Made by a program: the position numbers and the translations under genes. A stretch of DNA of 62,022 nucleotides, counting the filler, from Sphacelaria rigidula (Eukaryota), in assembly GCA_964200075.2 (NCBI GenBank). It is 7 parts of 7 records of this genome, joined end to end, with 100 filler letters (N's around TTAATTAATTAA, not from the genome) between each part and the next. Parts side by side here need not be neighbours in the genome. Positions count along the whole stretch, not along the records: positions 8,877 to 17,651 come from CAXNAA020010134.1; positions 17,752 to 26,526 come from CAXNAA020010135.1; 5 more parts are not named here. One strand, given 5' to 3'. This document shows positions 12,816-25,000 of this stretch, one piece after another. Below the pieces are notes generated by a model that was not told where the DNA came from, did no database searches, and was given only the letters and a program-made list of their open reading frames with translations. The number at the start of each line of letters is the position of its first letter. Position 1 is the stretch's first letter.

Positions 12816-13963
12816 AACAATTCTGTCTTGCCCCCCATACGGAACGCGGCCTGTTGATTACCGACGAGGCCTTGACTTGCAGTATACGAGTAGTGCTCAC
12901 GACGGAACATTTGGCAACCTCGCACAAGGCAGTACAACAGTAGAACGCCCCCAGGCATGCAATACGGGGGGAACCGCGTCATTTGTGCGCCAACGAGTCG
13001 CTTGCAGTCGGCTGCAACATACGCTCGGCATCCATGGTTTGGTGTTATTCCTATCGACCGTGGAATCGGGCGGTTTTATTCCTACAATAGATCCCAAAGA
13101 GGACGTAACCTCGTCCATCCCAGACAGCCGACCCGCCCTTCTTGTGAAGCAAGATCCTTAAAGAAAAAAAAGCATCGCAACCACACTTGATGCTATGGCC
13201 ACCCAAGTTGCAGAGTGGACGGTTGCATAGCAGCACGCAAGATCACCTACGGTGAGGGATCTCTCTGAGTGCATAGCCATGCAACGATGCTGCATGCTGC
13301 TGTGTAGCGCAACCAAGCCCAAAAGTTGTAGCTGCTTGTTGAGGGGGCAGCCGTGTGGGCGGGGAGAGGTTGTTCGCTCGTTTCCCGGGGTACATTTTTC
13401 GTGCATCATAAGACTCTTGAGCTGATCATATCTACCTGTACTGATTCGATAGCACTCGATCCTCCTGTTGTTCCCAAATCCGAGAGTATATTGCTCCGGA
13501 CCAATCCTGCAAAGCGGTTGCTTGCTGCTCCGCCCTCCAAAGCGCAGCAGTCCGCGAGAGAGCGTTGGGATTTGGGATGGCACCAAACAGCGAGAGAACA
13601 TGACGTTCGTCATATTCTACTATCCGAGAAGAAACGTGTCATGTTCCAAATGACTTTTCACATAGTCGACTTTTGTCTAATACGCTTGATACAAGCTCGA
13701 AAAAAGACAAACGAATGTCCATAGTGATAATATGCCTATGAATATATCACAAATTCCCGGGTTATTAATAAAAAACTAGAGTAAAAGAATAAAGAAACAG
13801 GAGATTTGAGTTTATTGCAAGAGTCTGAGAAATATAATGTTAGGCTAATGTGTACGGCAACGCGCTTCCGTCTTTGGTGATAGAAGTAGAGGTACATTAT
13901 TGTGTCGATATCACGAGGAGAGATCAGCAAAGCAGGAGTGACACTTTCACTACACGGAATATC

Positions 13964-14005
13964 ATGGATGAATCGGGGAAGCTGATCGCTATTATCGGTG
14001 ACGAG
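13964..14005 (+). CDS. ATP6V1F: V-type H+-ATPase subunit F, N-terminal coding exon (true start may be slightly upstream; later exons not found in contig)
   Basis: MDESGKLIAIIGDE then GAG|GTACAA donor. Matches the conserved GKLIAVIGDE(DTVTGFLL) start of subunit F/Vma7. Confidence 0.75.
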
Positions 14006-16218
14006 GTACAAGTCGAACCAGAAATGTAGGCGGGAAACATCACTCTGCCTTGTTAACGATTCTGCAAATACACCGCACTGACTGACAAAAAGTAGCGCTG
14101 CTGTTGTGCGCTGGGTGCTCAGTAGGTTTTGTCAGTCTATGCATGTTAGCGCACCCGTACCATACGGTGTAGGGTCGACGTCGCCCTGGATGCCCATCTT
14201 CTGCATTAGCTTGTTTGACCACATACCCATCAAGGCCGTATTTGACCGTTGCTGTACTGTCGGTGTACCATACTGCTCACGATTCTTCAAATCACATCGA
14301 GGGAAGGAGAAACTTCATTTCACCGCGTCTGCCAGCAGCCCGGTAACTTCTCTACTTTGTTCCCCCAAACACTTGCGAGGCAAATGACAAGCAGACGATG
14401 TACACAAGCGCGAGTGATTACCCTTGTGCAGCCCCAACAATCTCTAGGGGGTTGTGGCCTAAGATTACAAGAGGGCGGGAATCAACGCCCCGAAATAAAC
14501 GCTGTAGTAGAGAGACCCCTTGGCCTAAAGCCGTACGTAGCGCCAGGCTGCCGAAGGTCGCGATTTGGGACCTCTTCACAAGCTGCACTTTGCTTGCAGT
14601 AAAAGCCTTGAGAGAATGGGCCTCGAGACGACCAACATAGGTTTTAATCGGATTTGAAGATGCTGGTATCATAGTGTAGGTGTATCGTCGACCACCAGAG
14701 CTCCGACCATGCCCGCTGGGGAAAACGCGCGACATACGCCTGTATTCCTCTGCGGGTGTGGGAGCGAAGGGTATAGAGCTACACTGATTCGATTCCTAAC
14801 CGTGGTCTTTTGGTACTCTCATTGCCTCGGGTTACAGACACCAGTTTTTAGTGTCGAACCCAACCTGTGATTCACCAGACAAAAGTCAGGCACAAAAAAA
14901 AAGAAGGATATACTAGCGTCCCTTAGGTCCGTACACATTAAGGTCGGGCTCCAGATAATTTTAATCCTTTGATTGACAGACAGGGTGGCGTCATCGGGGT
15001 CTTTCACTCATTTTTCAACTGAAATGGTGCCCATGCGACGAGTGACCGACCTATTCTGTCTGTCGGTCAGAGGGTTAACCGATTCAGCGCCCGCGGCTTG
15101 CAAGCCCTGACAGTCCCGTGGAGAATGACGATATGCTGCCTGTAGACGAGGAAGACCATAGCAGGACGTTTGGACGCTAAGACGATTTTGCGTTTTTAAT
15201 TATCGACCAATAGCATAGCAGCAGGCAGGAATTAAAATGGTTGACTCCCATGGTAGGGGTTTCTTGCAATCTAGCTTGGAGTCACGATACGATAAGGGTG
15301 ATATCGAGCAGTATGGCTGCGCCAGGTACGTTCACTTTTGTTTCCATTTTTGCTGGAACTCAGGACGCCCCCTCATGTACGTACACCTCGTGAATTTTGC
15401 GATACTGCTTATGTCTTCAAGTATGTGATGGTGATGACTTTGTCCCGTTGAGTTTGCACTGCCGATAGCGATAGTTCCGTGGAATCATGGGGGGGGGGTG
15501 TCTTCCGTTCTGCTTTTGAATACATGCTTCCCGTGGGACATCGAGCGTCGCCAACGGACCATTTGTTGCCCATTTTGATCACCGAGTTTTCTCGGATCCG
15601 CGGTCGACGGCGTTGAATCGGGGTACGAATAGTCAGGTTAAACTCTTTGACGGCGAGTGGTGGTTCGTCCATGAGTCGGCATCACCATCTTCTTTCTCAA
15701 GCGAAGTGGTGTCGGTTCACGAATGGACCACCGCTTGCAGTCGACGGGTGAATCTCGGGTTGATGGAAGATTTCTGACGTGGAGAGCGTTAGAGGGACCG
15801 CTTAATCCACATCGCGATAAAAAAGCAAGGCATCCGACGCAGACGGAAGGTTCGAGTGCTAAAAACAACGAACAGAAAATATCATGTGTTGGTCTTCCTC
15901 CTGTGTGACCAGCTGGTGTTCCCACATAAAGCGAGAGGTGTAGATTGGCGTCCAAAATAGATGGGATGGCACACACACACATACGAGCATAATCCTTCAG
16001 AGGGCCGTTGGTTGGTCTTCCCCTTTTACTCCCTCGTGCATCTCGGTATTGACCGTGGGGTACAGTATCAGCACACAAGCTACAAAGGAAAAACAGCAAG
16101 ACTGAAACGAGAAATGCATACACACACACGCTGGAGTATGACACCCACATTCACACTTCGCTCTCGGGAATTAAAACACATCCGTTAGTCCGCAGTGTGT
16201 ATATCCACTCATCGTCAC

Positions 16219-16570
16219 GCCCCGGTGGCTCAGTTGCAAACCTCGGGACCTTCTGACGGTTGGGTTGTGGGTTCAATTCTCGGAGCGATCTGGGACTTTT
16301 TCTCACACAGGATCCAACAGTGGAGAGCGACGACGTCGTGGGTACACAAAATTAGACTTAGCGGTCGACGAGGGAGAGGGACTGCTAAACCCCTTTCGCG
16401 ATAAAAACAAAAGGCAAGCACTGCAGAAGGAAGGTGGGGTACTAAAAATAAAGGAGAAAAGAAGAAAGCTCCTGGGTTGACCTTCCTCCTGTGTGACCCC
16501 GGCTGGTGCGCCCACATGGACCGAAAGGTGTAGACTGGCGTCCAGAATAGATCGGACGACAAAACATATA
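16219..16570 (+). mobile_element. tRNA-derived SINE, most complete copy
   Basis: Box A-like GTGGCTCAGTTG (16225) and box B GGTTCAATTC (16270). Body GGTCGACGAGG...GCAGAAGGAAGG...CTTCCTCCTGTGTGACCCCGGCT...GGCGTCCAGAATAGAT is shared with ~15780-15980, ~31115-31336, ~38835-39110 and ~44140-44274. Confidence 0.8.
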
Positions 16571-16785
16571 CCCATGTCACCCGACATGTGGTGTGCTTCG
16601 GAAATAACTTACACTTTCCCGTCACACATCATTCAAACAAATGGGTGTTGGAAATGTAGAGAGGGTGGGAGGTGAAGGGTGTGTGTGTGTGTGTGTGGCT
16701 GTTATACCCCCCAACATTCAAGTTCTCGAAGAATTCCTACGGCCGCAGCACCCCTCACCCCCCCAAAAAAAAAAAAAAAAATGTG

Positions 16786-16965
16786 CACACCCTGGACAAT
16801 GACAATATATGGTGAATACTTGCAATAGAAGATACGTGTACTGCGTAAATTATAGGCCTGTTGCAACCATTATCGATCCGACAACAGGTGCGACAGGCCT
16901 ATACTTGACCCAGTACATTTTTCTTCTGTTGCAACTATTGAATTAATAATCTTGTCCAGGGTGTG
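16786..16965. mobile_element. Foldback MITE family with termini CACCCTGGACAA/TTGTCCAGGGTG
   Basis: Internally palindromic. Related copies at 35832-36000 and 58705-58841. Confidence 0.75.
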
Positions 16966-18721
16966 TATGTACACTTTTGTGTTGTTGGAGGCGTCTTCTG
17001 GAGATGTGTCGGGACAAACAAGATGGGATACTAGTGGTGTGACCCCCAGTTGTGAAGTAAGCACCGATGCTAAACCATGTTCATCTCCGCTACTGTAGCC
17101 GTAGGCAAGAATATGCTGCAAACAGGCCCGTATCACCTACCCTCGATCTAGCACCTTCATGCTCTAGGCTTTATGCCGGCGGCGCGCCTTGGTGAGGTCC
17201 GGACATGAACTGTTTCACGTACTCTGGCACATGTAACCCTGACGTCTAGGGCAGGGGGTGGGTTCCCTAGGCGCGAAACGGGGTGAATATCGCCCTGAGC
17301 ACCGCGTCAGCCGGCGACGAGAGGCAGCGTGCTACTTTCGTAGCGAGGCATTTGGACACCTCATGCGACATGAGGGTCTGCGACGGTTTGTGACACGGGG
17401 TCGAATATGGCCTGCACCCTCCCCTTCGAACGTCCGCAGATGGACTGTCCAGTGGTGCCGAGATATCCCTCCCCCCCTCAGAAAGGGATGCGTGGTCAAT
17501 GGTCAAAAGACAAAGACAAGCGACGAGTAAGTACGCTCCCCCCCCCCTCTTGTTAGACACCCATGAGGCAGTGCAAAAGCCGTGGCTGTCTCTGGAAGTG
17601 GCGATACCACAAAAGAAAGCAACTCATTCTTGGCTGTCATCCTAATGCAAGNNNNNNNNNNNNNNNNNNNNNNNNNNNNNNNNNNNNNNNNNNNNTTAAT
17701 TAATTAANNNNNNNNNNNNNNNNNNNNNNNNNNNNNNNNNNNNNNNNNNNNGGGGAGACGAGTAACTCAAAAAGGTACGGTGAGAAGAGACAACACTAGA
17801 GGTCCTGATGGCAGTCGACTAGTTGGTTGTCTCTTAAACCGTCACAGGCGAAGTCCATGCCGCCTGCCAGTGTGAGTACAGCGCCTCGGGACAGTATATT
17901 GTACATACACCGCAACGCGTGAAAAGTAGACGAGGATGCGAGCAGACCACAAGAATTTTCCCCGGAACGACGCCTGGCGGTCATTAGCTACATGTACGTG
18001 AACATTTCGGGAGAGGGGGAGAGGGGGGTACACGGCCATTTATGGAGAGAGTTGATGAAAATCGTTTTGATTGATTCGCCGTAAATCTTAAAATACCCAT
18101 GTGCGTTTTCGAGGTGCCCCGGTAGGCGCCGGCCCCATACACGTGGGTCCGTACATAGATAGTATATAATCCAGGGGAAGTATCACGTCTCATGATTAAG
18201 TCGACGTGCCGCTCGAGCGCTTTATTGCGCTATAGATTACTGACACACTCGACCTAAATACTGTGCAAGTGATCAAAATATATCCTAGTAGGCCACAAGT
18301 CTGTAATAAACTCCATCAAAACGGCTGTTGCAGTATACTACAACAACGCATAACCAGCCAGCGCGTCCCGTAATGAACACGTCTACCTCCACCTGCTGGA
18401 GCATAAGTCGAGTACGTAGGAGTAACACATAATGTACCATGAATATCACCCCCCCTCCCCCTCGAAGTTGAGCATCAAATTAAAAGTTCAGGGGTCCATG
18501 CCTAGAAAGTTAAAACACAAAACCTCCTGAATGTAGCAGCCGTGTTCACGGCTTGATAGGCCTTATCGGAACAGCTTCCATGCCGCCGGCGCTTTGGTCA
18601 CGCGTTTTGCGTGGATGATGGACTATTCAAGGCTGTCCCTACGAGGGACAGCTGTGACGAAGCATTTATTCTTAGTAAGGACTTCAGCGTCAAAGATATC
18701 TTTCAACTTCGTAATTGAAAT

Positions 18722-18932
18722 TTTTGGGACTGGATCTGACCCTCACAATGGTATGTTTGCGGCACGTTTCCCCCCACAATCGTGTGTTAGCGGCAGGTGT
18801 CCACTTGTGTTGTTTTTAAGTAAAAAATGATGTCATTTCACAAAAAGGCGCCTGCAGCATCATTTTAACTTGAAAACAACACAAGGGGACACCTGCCGCT
18901 AACACACGATTGTGGAGTAGATGGTCCCAAAA
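18722..18932. repeat. Near-perfect hairpin, arms 18774-~18831 and ~18858-18915, with outer TTTTGGGAC/GTCCCAAAA termini
   Basis: CCACAATCGTGTGTTAGCGGCAGGTGTCC..TTGTGTTGTTTT pairs with AAAACAACACAAG..GGACACCTGCCGCTAACACACGATTGTGG. Confidence 0.9.
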
Positions 18933-19010
18933 GGGCTAACATGCGCGAACATCTCACATGCAAACCCCCATGTCTTGTGCCGACATGCATATCCACGAAA
19001 CATGGCTTAG

Positions 19011-22000
19011 AACTGTATCCTCGACTGTCCCCACCTTGTACGGATAGGCCGTGAAGAAGACTTGCTTCTGGCTGTGACAGAGGACCGTGTTTGGAGGCTC
19101 ATGCGCGTGCCACGGCCGGCGGCACAGAGTGCCGGAGATTTGTTGCCGTCCCTTTCTACGCTCGCGATGGGTTCATGCGAGACAAATACTCAGAACCCCC
19201 GTGGGTCGTCGGCGTTGGCACAGCAGGCAGAGGATACCAGCGTATCTTTGGTCACTCGAACAACCCACGTTGAAAGCATGGTGCGCGGAGTGGAGTGAGT
19301 GCACTGTGCGATATGATCATATCCTTCGTTGCGGTTGAATATGACGTCGCCTCGTTTTGCAGTAGGCATGGTACCTGGAGAGCGCGACTGTTCTGTTCGA
19401 CGGGTCTCAATGTGTCCTGTTGATATCGTCGAAACTAAACGCGCCAAGTGATGGAATCGGCCGAATGGAATGCTTTGGTGTCTTTGGTGTCTGGTCAAGG
19501 AACGTGCTGACGAGGATTGCCGCTGACACTCGTGACTGTACCACCAACGCCCCTTCGCCGCGGCCGAAACCATCTCCTCCTCTCAATAAACTCGACACAG
19601 GCGCCGGATGCACGCGACGAGTATTCCATGGTCGCGGCGTGTGCTGTTGAAAGTACTTTAACCCTTCTTTCCTTCTGCGAAGGTGCGAACACAACGGCGG
19701 GAGAATTGAGCAACGGAACAGTGCAAGCCGCGATCGAGCTCACTCCCCGATTTCTCTCCGGACGGTCTGAAACCAAACGGAATAGGAGTCCACTGGGACT
19801 TGTTCGTGATCGAGCTCCGGCAACGAACATCCCCGACTTTGCGGGACCATACTCGTACGGTGTGTCCGTGCGAGACATGGTGCTGTTAGAACAGCCAGAC
19901 AAGTATAGGAAGAGTTGTGGGAATAAAGACGATCCTGTGGTCGCGTTGTTGACCTGCGAACATGCAGGACGGACAGGAGCCGATGGTGGGAAGGGGCAGG
20001 ATTGTGCGGGAGCTACTGCGCATATCCACGTGTGTCAATGGAGACTGAGTGGTGATGGTACCATTCATCCACCCATCTGGTGAGAGTCTATTGTATCACG
20101 GCTGTAAGGCAAGCTCTAGCCTAAGCTGATGTTTTTACTGAACGAAAACTCTGTAAAAGAATGTAGTCATGGCTTCTGGCGAGATCCGCGGACTCTTCAT
20201 GTGACTCAGTGTCTGACGAACTCATGCCCCTTGTGTCGCCGCAGGTGCATAAAAAGTGTGCACTCGAAAAGTTTGGTAGCCGGCCTTTCTACTGGTGGAC
20301 TGCTCTGCGCTGGACCTGATGGTGTACGTGTATTCAATGTAAACGGTGATCCTGTGCTCCGACTAGATGGGCAACAGCACACGCATAGATTGCGACCACA
20401 TGCGCCCGCGCTGGCGACCGGCTCCTGGGAGGCTCGTCCTCTTGCCAAGTTGATCCCTATCGTTGGAATGGATTGGTTGGGGGCGGGCTCGCCCCACCAA
20501 ACGTACATGGCCGGTAAGACCTAGGGCCAACGGTCATAACAGTTGGGCGGCGCGTGCCCTGCGCCAAGTTGACTGGAGCTTTTATTGGGTTGGATCACCA
20601 CACTTCGCTTGAGCAAAGCTTCTGCACACTCGAGGCGCCTACCCCAGATGACTACCGCGAGGTGGTTTAGCCGAACCTCCCGGTAATCGGCGAACGAACC
20701 CGCTTGCGGTGTAAGTGTCGGGCAAGAATTCCTCCTTTCTTCAAGGAAAGAAAAAAATGGCCGGCGAGACAATTGGCTGTTGATTCTTTTGATTACGAGT
20801 AGCAGAAGTGACAGCACGAGTGCCGAAAATAGTGGGCGCGTAAGTCCAGAGCATTCGCTCTGCGGCCACACGCTGCAGAAAAGAAAAAAAATCACACACA
20901 AACATACGCATGCACATACACACACGCATATATACCTTTTCAAGATGTAGTCAAGTCTCCACCATGCCTCACCGTCGGACCATCGCCAACATTTCGCGAC
21001 GTTGTGCTCACAGGTGATGTCCAAGAATTTCTTACTGCCGACTGCACTGGTCATCTTCATCGCATCTCTGTCATGATGGACCACAACTTCACTCCAACGG
21101 GCGTTGCTTGTGCACGGATCAGGTGTATGAACCTCCAAAGCGACAGTGTCACGTGAGTCTTGCGCGCATCGTATACGCCGTGGTGACCCGTACAGAACGT
21201 GAATGGACCAAATATACATAAGCTGATGTCAATCAGAGTTTTCTGCTATTTGGGGCGCTTCTGAATGTGCCATTTCTGTAAGGTCAAGAGTGTAGATGGC
21301 AAATTTGCCTGAGTAGCATTCATCTCCGCCCCCAAGTTTTTGCGCAACGAAGCCGTTCCCGTTCCCGCGTTAACCATACTCAAAACCCCGGGCAACTCTT
21401 ACGGCATGTCAAACTGGCAGAAGCAGAACAAGGCCAGCTGCTCCTCGCAACACCCAGATACTCCTTGCTTTTGGTCAAAACGGTCTGGTACTCGCTGCCG
21501 CACACTCGCCAAACTCAGCCAGACTAGTCAAGGTAGGGCTGGCGCCCCACCAACGTTTGTACCGCGACAAATTTTGTGCAAACGTGGAAGGAGCAAGGGG
21601 GAAGCTGGAATCAAGTAAGCTGCGCGCTTCGCGAGCGTGGTATGTTGCTGAACTGGAAAATGATAACCTCCCTGACTGTGGGCCCGGGCCCGTATCAGCA
21701 ATCACGTTCATAGATGAATATCCTCAACACCTCGGGAACGAGATATCGGGACTCCAAGCCGGGAGAATGTCTTCGCCCTCGAAGAAAAAACTGATGGCGA
21801 TGGCCAAGGGGTCAACAGTACGACGGCAACATAACCCTGGAGAACTAAGGGCCGTCATGGCGATCAGGGGAAGTCGTGACGGCGACTATTTCAGTGATCA
21901 TAAAGTCACTGCGAACAGACAAAGTGTCGATCCTGCCCTGTGTATGCTGGAACACGGCTTTGATCTCAAAGTATCCTCTTACGGGAGTACTGGGCTGCGC

Positions 22001-25000
22001 GAGGGTGGCATCCTCCTGGCACAGCCACTTAGGATAACCTCACGGGAAAGTCAGAGACAACTAGCAGGCGGCGAGCTGAGTAAAGATGCCGAAATGAGAA
22101 AAACACCCAAAAGTTCGGGAGTGAATCAGTCGGGTGGGCATATCCTCCTCTTTTCATATCGAGCTCTCTCCCAGACAAATCTGATGGTGCTGTCGCCGGA
22201 GGGACACACGAGTCCTGTTTCGAAATCGACGGTGAGATGTTTGTACTTCGATGTGCCCTCGCTGACCGTTATACTCCATGCACGCGAATACACTAGGCGA
22301 GCCCTTATACTTACGCTATTGTGTTTTTGATTCATTTGCGTTTTCCTCCATCGTCGTATATTTACTCCCCGTACGTTCCGAATCTGGTCTCATGTTCCGT
22401 CTTGCTTTCCCTCGGTCCATTCAGGGGTTCAAATGCGACACCCACACGGTGCATCTTGGACGGACCTGGTCCGCGGGGCTCTTGGTACAAACTACGGAAG
22501 ACGCCGTGGTCGTCATAGATCCCACAACTTTGATCCAGATCGGCGCCTGGTCTCGCCCAGAGGGGACAAAGATTGCCTTCGGAGCCACAGCAGGAGAAAT
22601 GGTAGCTATAGTCTCCGATTTGACGTTGATCCTACTAGCCGTGACCGAGTCTCCGTCGGTAGAATCGGGAAGAACATCCAGGGGAGCAACGCTCCAAGAG
22701 CTGCAACGAGTGGAGCTTGAAAGTCCCGTGAGTGCCTTGGCGATGCGCTTGGGCAGCGACTTCGGTCAAGGGGCGGATAGTGAGTATATCAAAAGCTGCC
22801 TTTCAGAGGCGTGTCTAGGCCTAGGTATCCCTCTATAGTACAAACAATACTCTGCTTTCAGTCGGTCTCATGTTCTGAATTCAGAACGTCTGCCGTAAGC
22901 ACGCACCAGTCTCACACGCAACCACTGTGCAATATCCAGGCCCGAGTCAAGGACGCCATTCTTGAAAGAGACAAAGAAACGCCACGCGCGGGTACTCGTA
23001 TTTTCGCTAACATCGGCTGCTCCGAATAACTACGTGCATTGCTACCAACGTGTGTGCAAGGACACGGCCAGAATCAAAATTTCGATTTCTCTCACGAACC
23101 TGCCGGGTGTCTCACAATCGACTTCGCACGCGTACGGCTCTGGCTATCCCGTTCCTGGCTTCGTACTGTGCCAGACTACAGCGACAACGAACACGACAAC
23201 CTGGCGACCCGAACGACGGCATTCATCAGCACGGGCTTTTGGGATAACGGTACAGTAGCGGTTTTCCTATGGGCGTTACCCTCACTTTCAAATGCAGTCA
23301 ATCAAGGACAGCGAAAATTCCGCAGGAGCGAGGATTTTGTTTTATCGGCTATCGCGACATGGGTTCCAATGCTTGTGGTGCCATTCGACATCACAGGCAG
23401 TAGCACTTCGGCATTTGCCGCCACAGGCAGTGAGGAAGTACCCGGTTCTGATATGGGGGGAAGAATTGACTCTGGTCCCGTGCGCGCGGTTGCGCTTGTT
23501 CGATCGCCGGAGGGCAGCGGCGGCGGTGTCTCCCTTGTTGCGGGTGGGGCGGACGGTACTGTAGCGGTGACGCATCTGAGAATATCCTTCAAACACGGAC
23601 AGCCTGCGGTTGAGCTACACACGTTGTCGTTCTTCCAGGTTGGGCATGGACCGATGCGCTTCGATATCATTCGAATAGAATATGGAGGCGAGAATTTCGT
23701 GCGAAGGCGCGGTAGTCGAGGCGTTCATGGGTGCGCGAGCGTGACAACATCGTGTGACGACGGCGAGGAGGGTATTCTGGTAAACGGCGACGCAGATGCG
23801 GTGATTCTCCCCCGAGAACGATGGTCGAAGTCGGACAACTCCGTCGTCCAGAATAGAAGTAAATGGTATTGTACACAGGTGCGAAGATTGCTTACTCCCT
23901 ATTTCGATCGAAGCCGGTGGGACGTTCCCGTAGATCCCCACACCTGTCGCTGGCAACTTGTTTTCTCGTGGGTTGTATCTCGAGCGCGCCACTTTCATCG
24001 CCATGTGTTGTCTAGACGCTCTGGCACAGCCTACCTTTTATCGTTTTACTCTTGTTCCTCGTTCATACGCTTTTGGTGACAAGAAGGTGTGTCGCACAGG
24101 GCCCCATCCTCGTCGAAGTATCGTCAGCCTAAGAAATCCATGTGACGGCGCAGCGGGCGGTAAGCCCACGCATGCTTGGATAACGACAGCGGCAATACCG
24201 CGTTCCGTGGAAGACATTTTGCATGACGATACAAGCAAGAGAAGTGGGAGCAACGTACGCTTAGGTGAAGGCCAATCGATTCTGTGTTTCGGGTTTCTGC
24301 ATTTGGAAACACGTGGCCGATGGTATAAGCGACTCCTCCCTACGAAGGTGACACCGACTGCTCTTCTCTACGTTCCCACCACCCGGTCAATCGTCATGGC
24401 GTGCCAAGACAGTCATAGCAGCGATGACAGTTATTCGTCGATCGAAGAAGGCACGCCTGTCGGCCCGAGAAGAGCAAGTACGAGGGCAAAAGACGGTCAT
24501 ACCAATAATGCCGTATCCAACCTGCGCATCTTCAGTGCAGACACCCTCGAGGAGAGAGAGGGCGAGGCCGTGTATCTCCAACCAGAGCTACGGATCACGA
24601 ACATCTCACGTATTGGAGTAGATGTTAGCAACAAACTGCTACTACGAGCTTCGTCCCGGAAGGACTACGATGAACGCGGGACGGAGAGTTCGTCGAAGAA
24701 GAGTAAATCAACCACCTGTGGAGTTGACACAAGATTAAAGTCAAAAGAAGGCGCCACGGCTGCCGTCGGTGGCGATGTGATCGCCGTGGCATGCTGCCGT
24801 CACGCCGATAACGGCGGAGGCGATTTCAACACTGCCGGTCAAGGAGAGCGATGTCCCAGTATGAAGAAGCAAGCGGGCGTTTCAACCTCTAACAGCTGTG
24901 ATGGTGGAACAACGACGACTGTGCTCGCCACTTTCGAGGTTGTAGCCTGCGGTAGCGATCGTGGATGCCGACGCGGAGAACAAGCCTGCCGAAGGTGCGT

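Noticed and set aside
12607..12982. ORFs with poly-HT/CV, poly-A/Q or poly-V/N tracts (also 27104-27337, 29538-29921, 38017-38259, 59927-60440)
   Set aside because: Translations of microsatellites or low-complexity repeats.
12860..14735. Chain of plausible minus-strand exons (e.g. DWSGAIYSRIWEQ, FWFDLYLVTD)
   Set aside because: No recognisable family, and one overlaps the better-supported V-ATPase F exon on the opposite strand.
16219..16290. tRNA gene
   Set aside because: Has boxes A and B but no acceptor stem or cloverleaf, and continues into a multi-copy SINE body.
18568..18674. Candidate upstream DDB1-like exon (…DDGLFKAVP…EAFIL|GTAAGG)
   Set aside because: Plausible, but its phase does not join directly to 19011 and it could not be placed confidently, so it is left out of the gene model.
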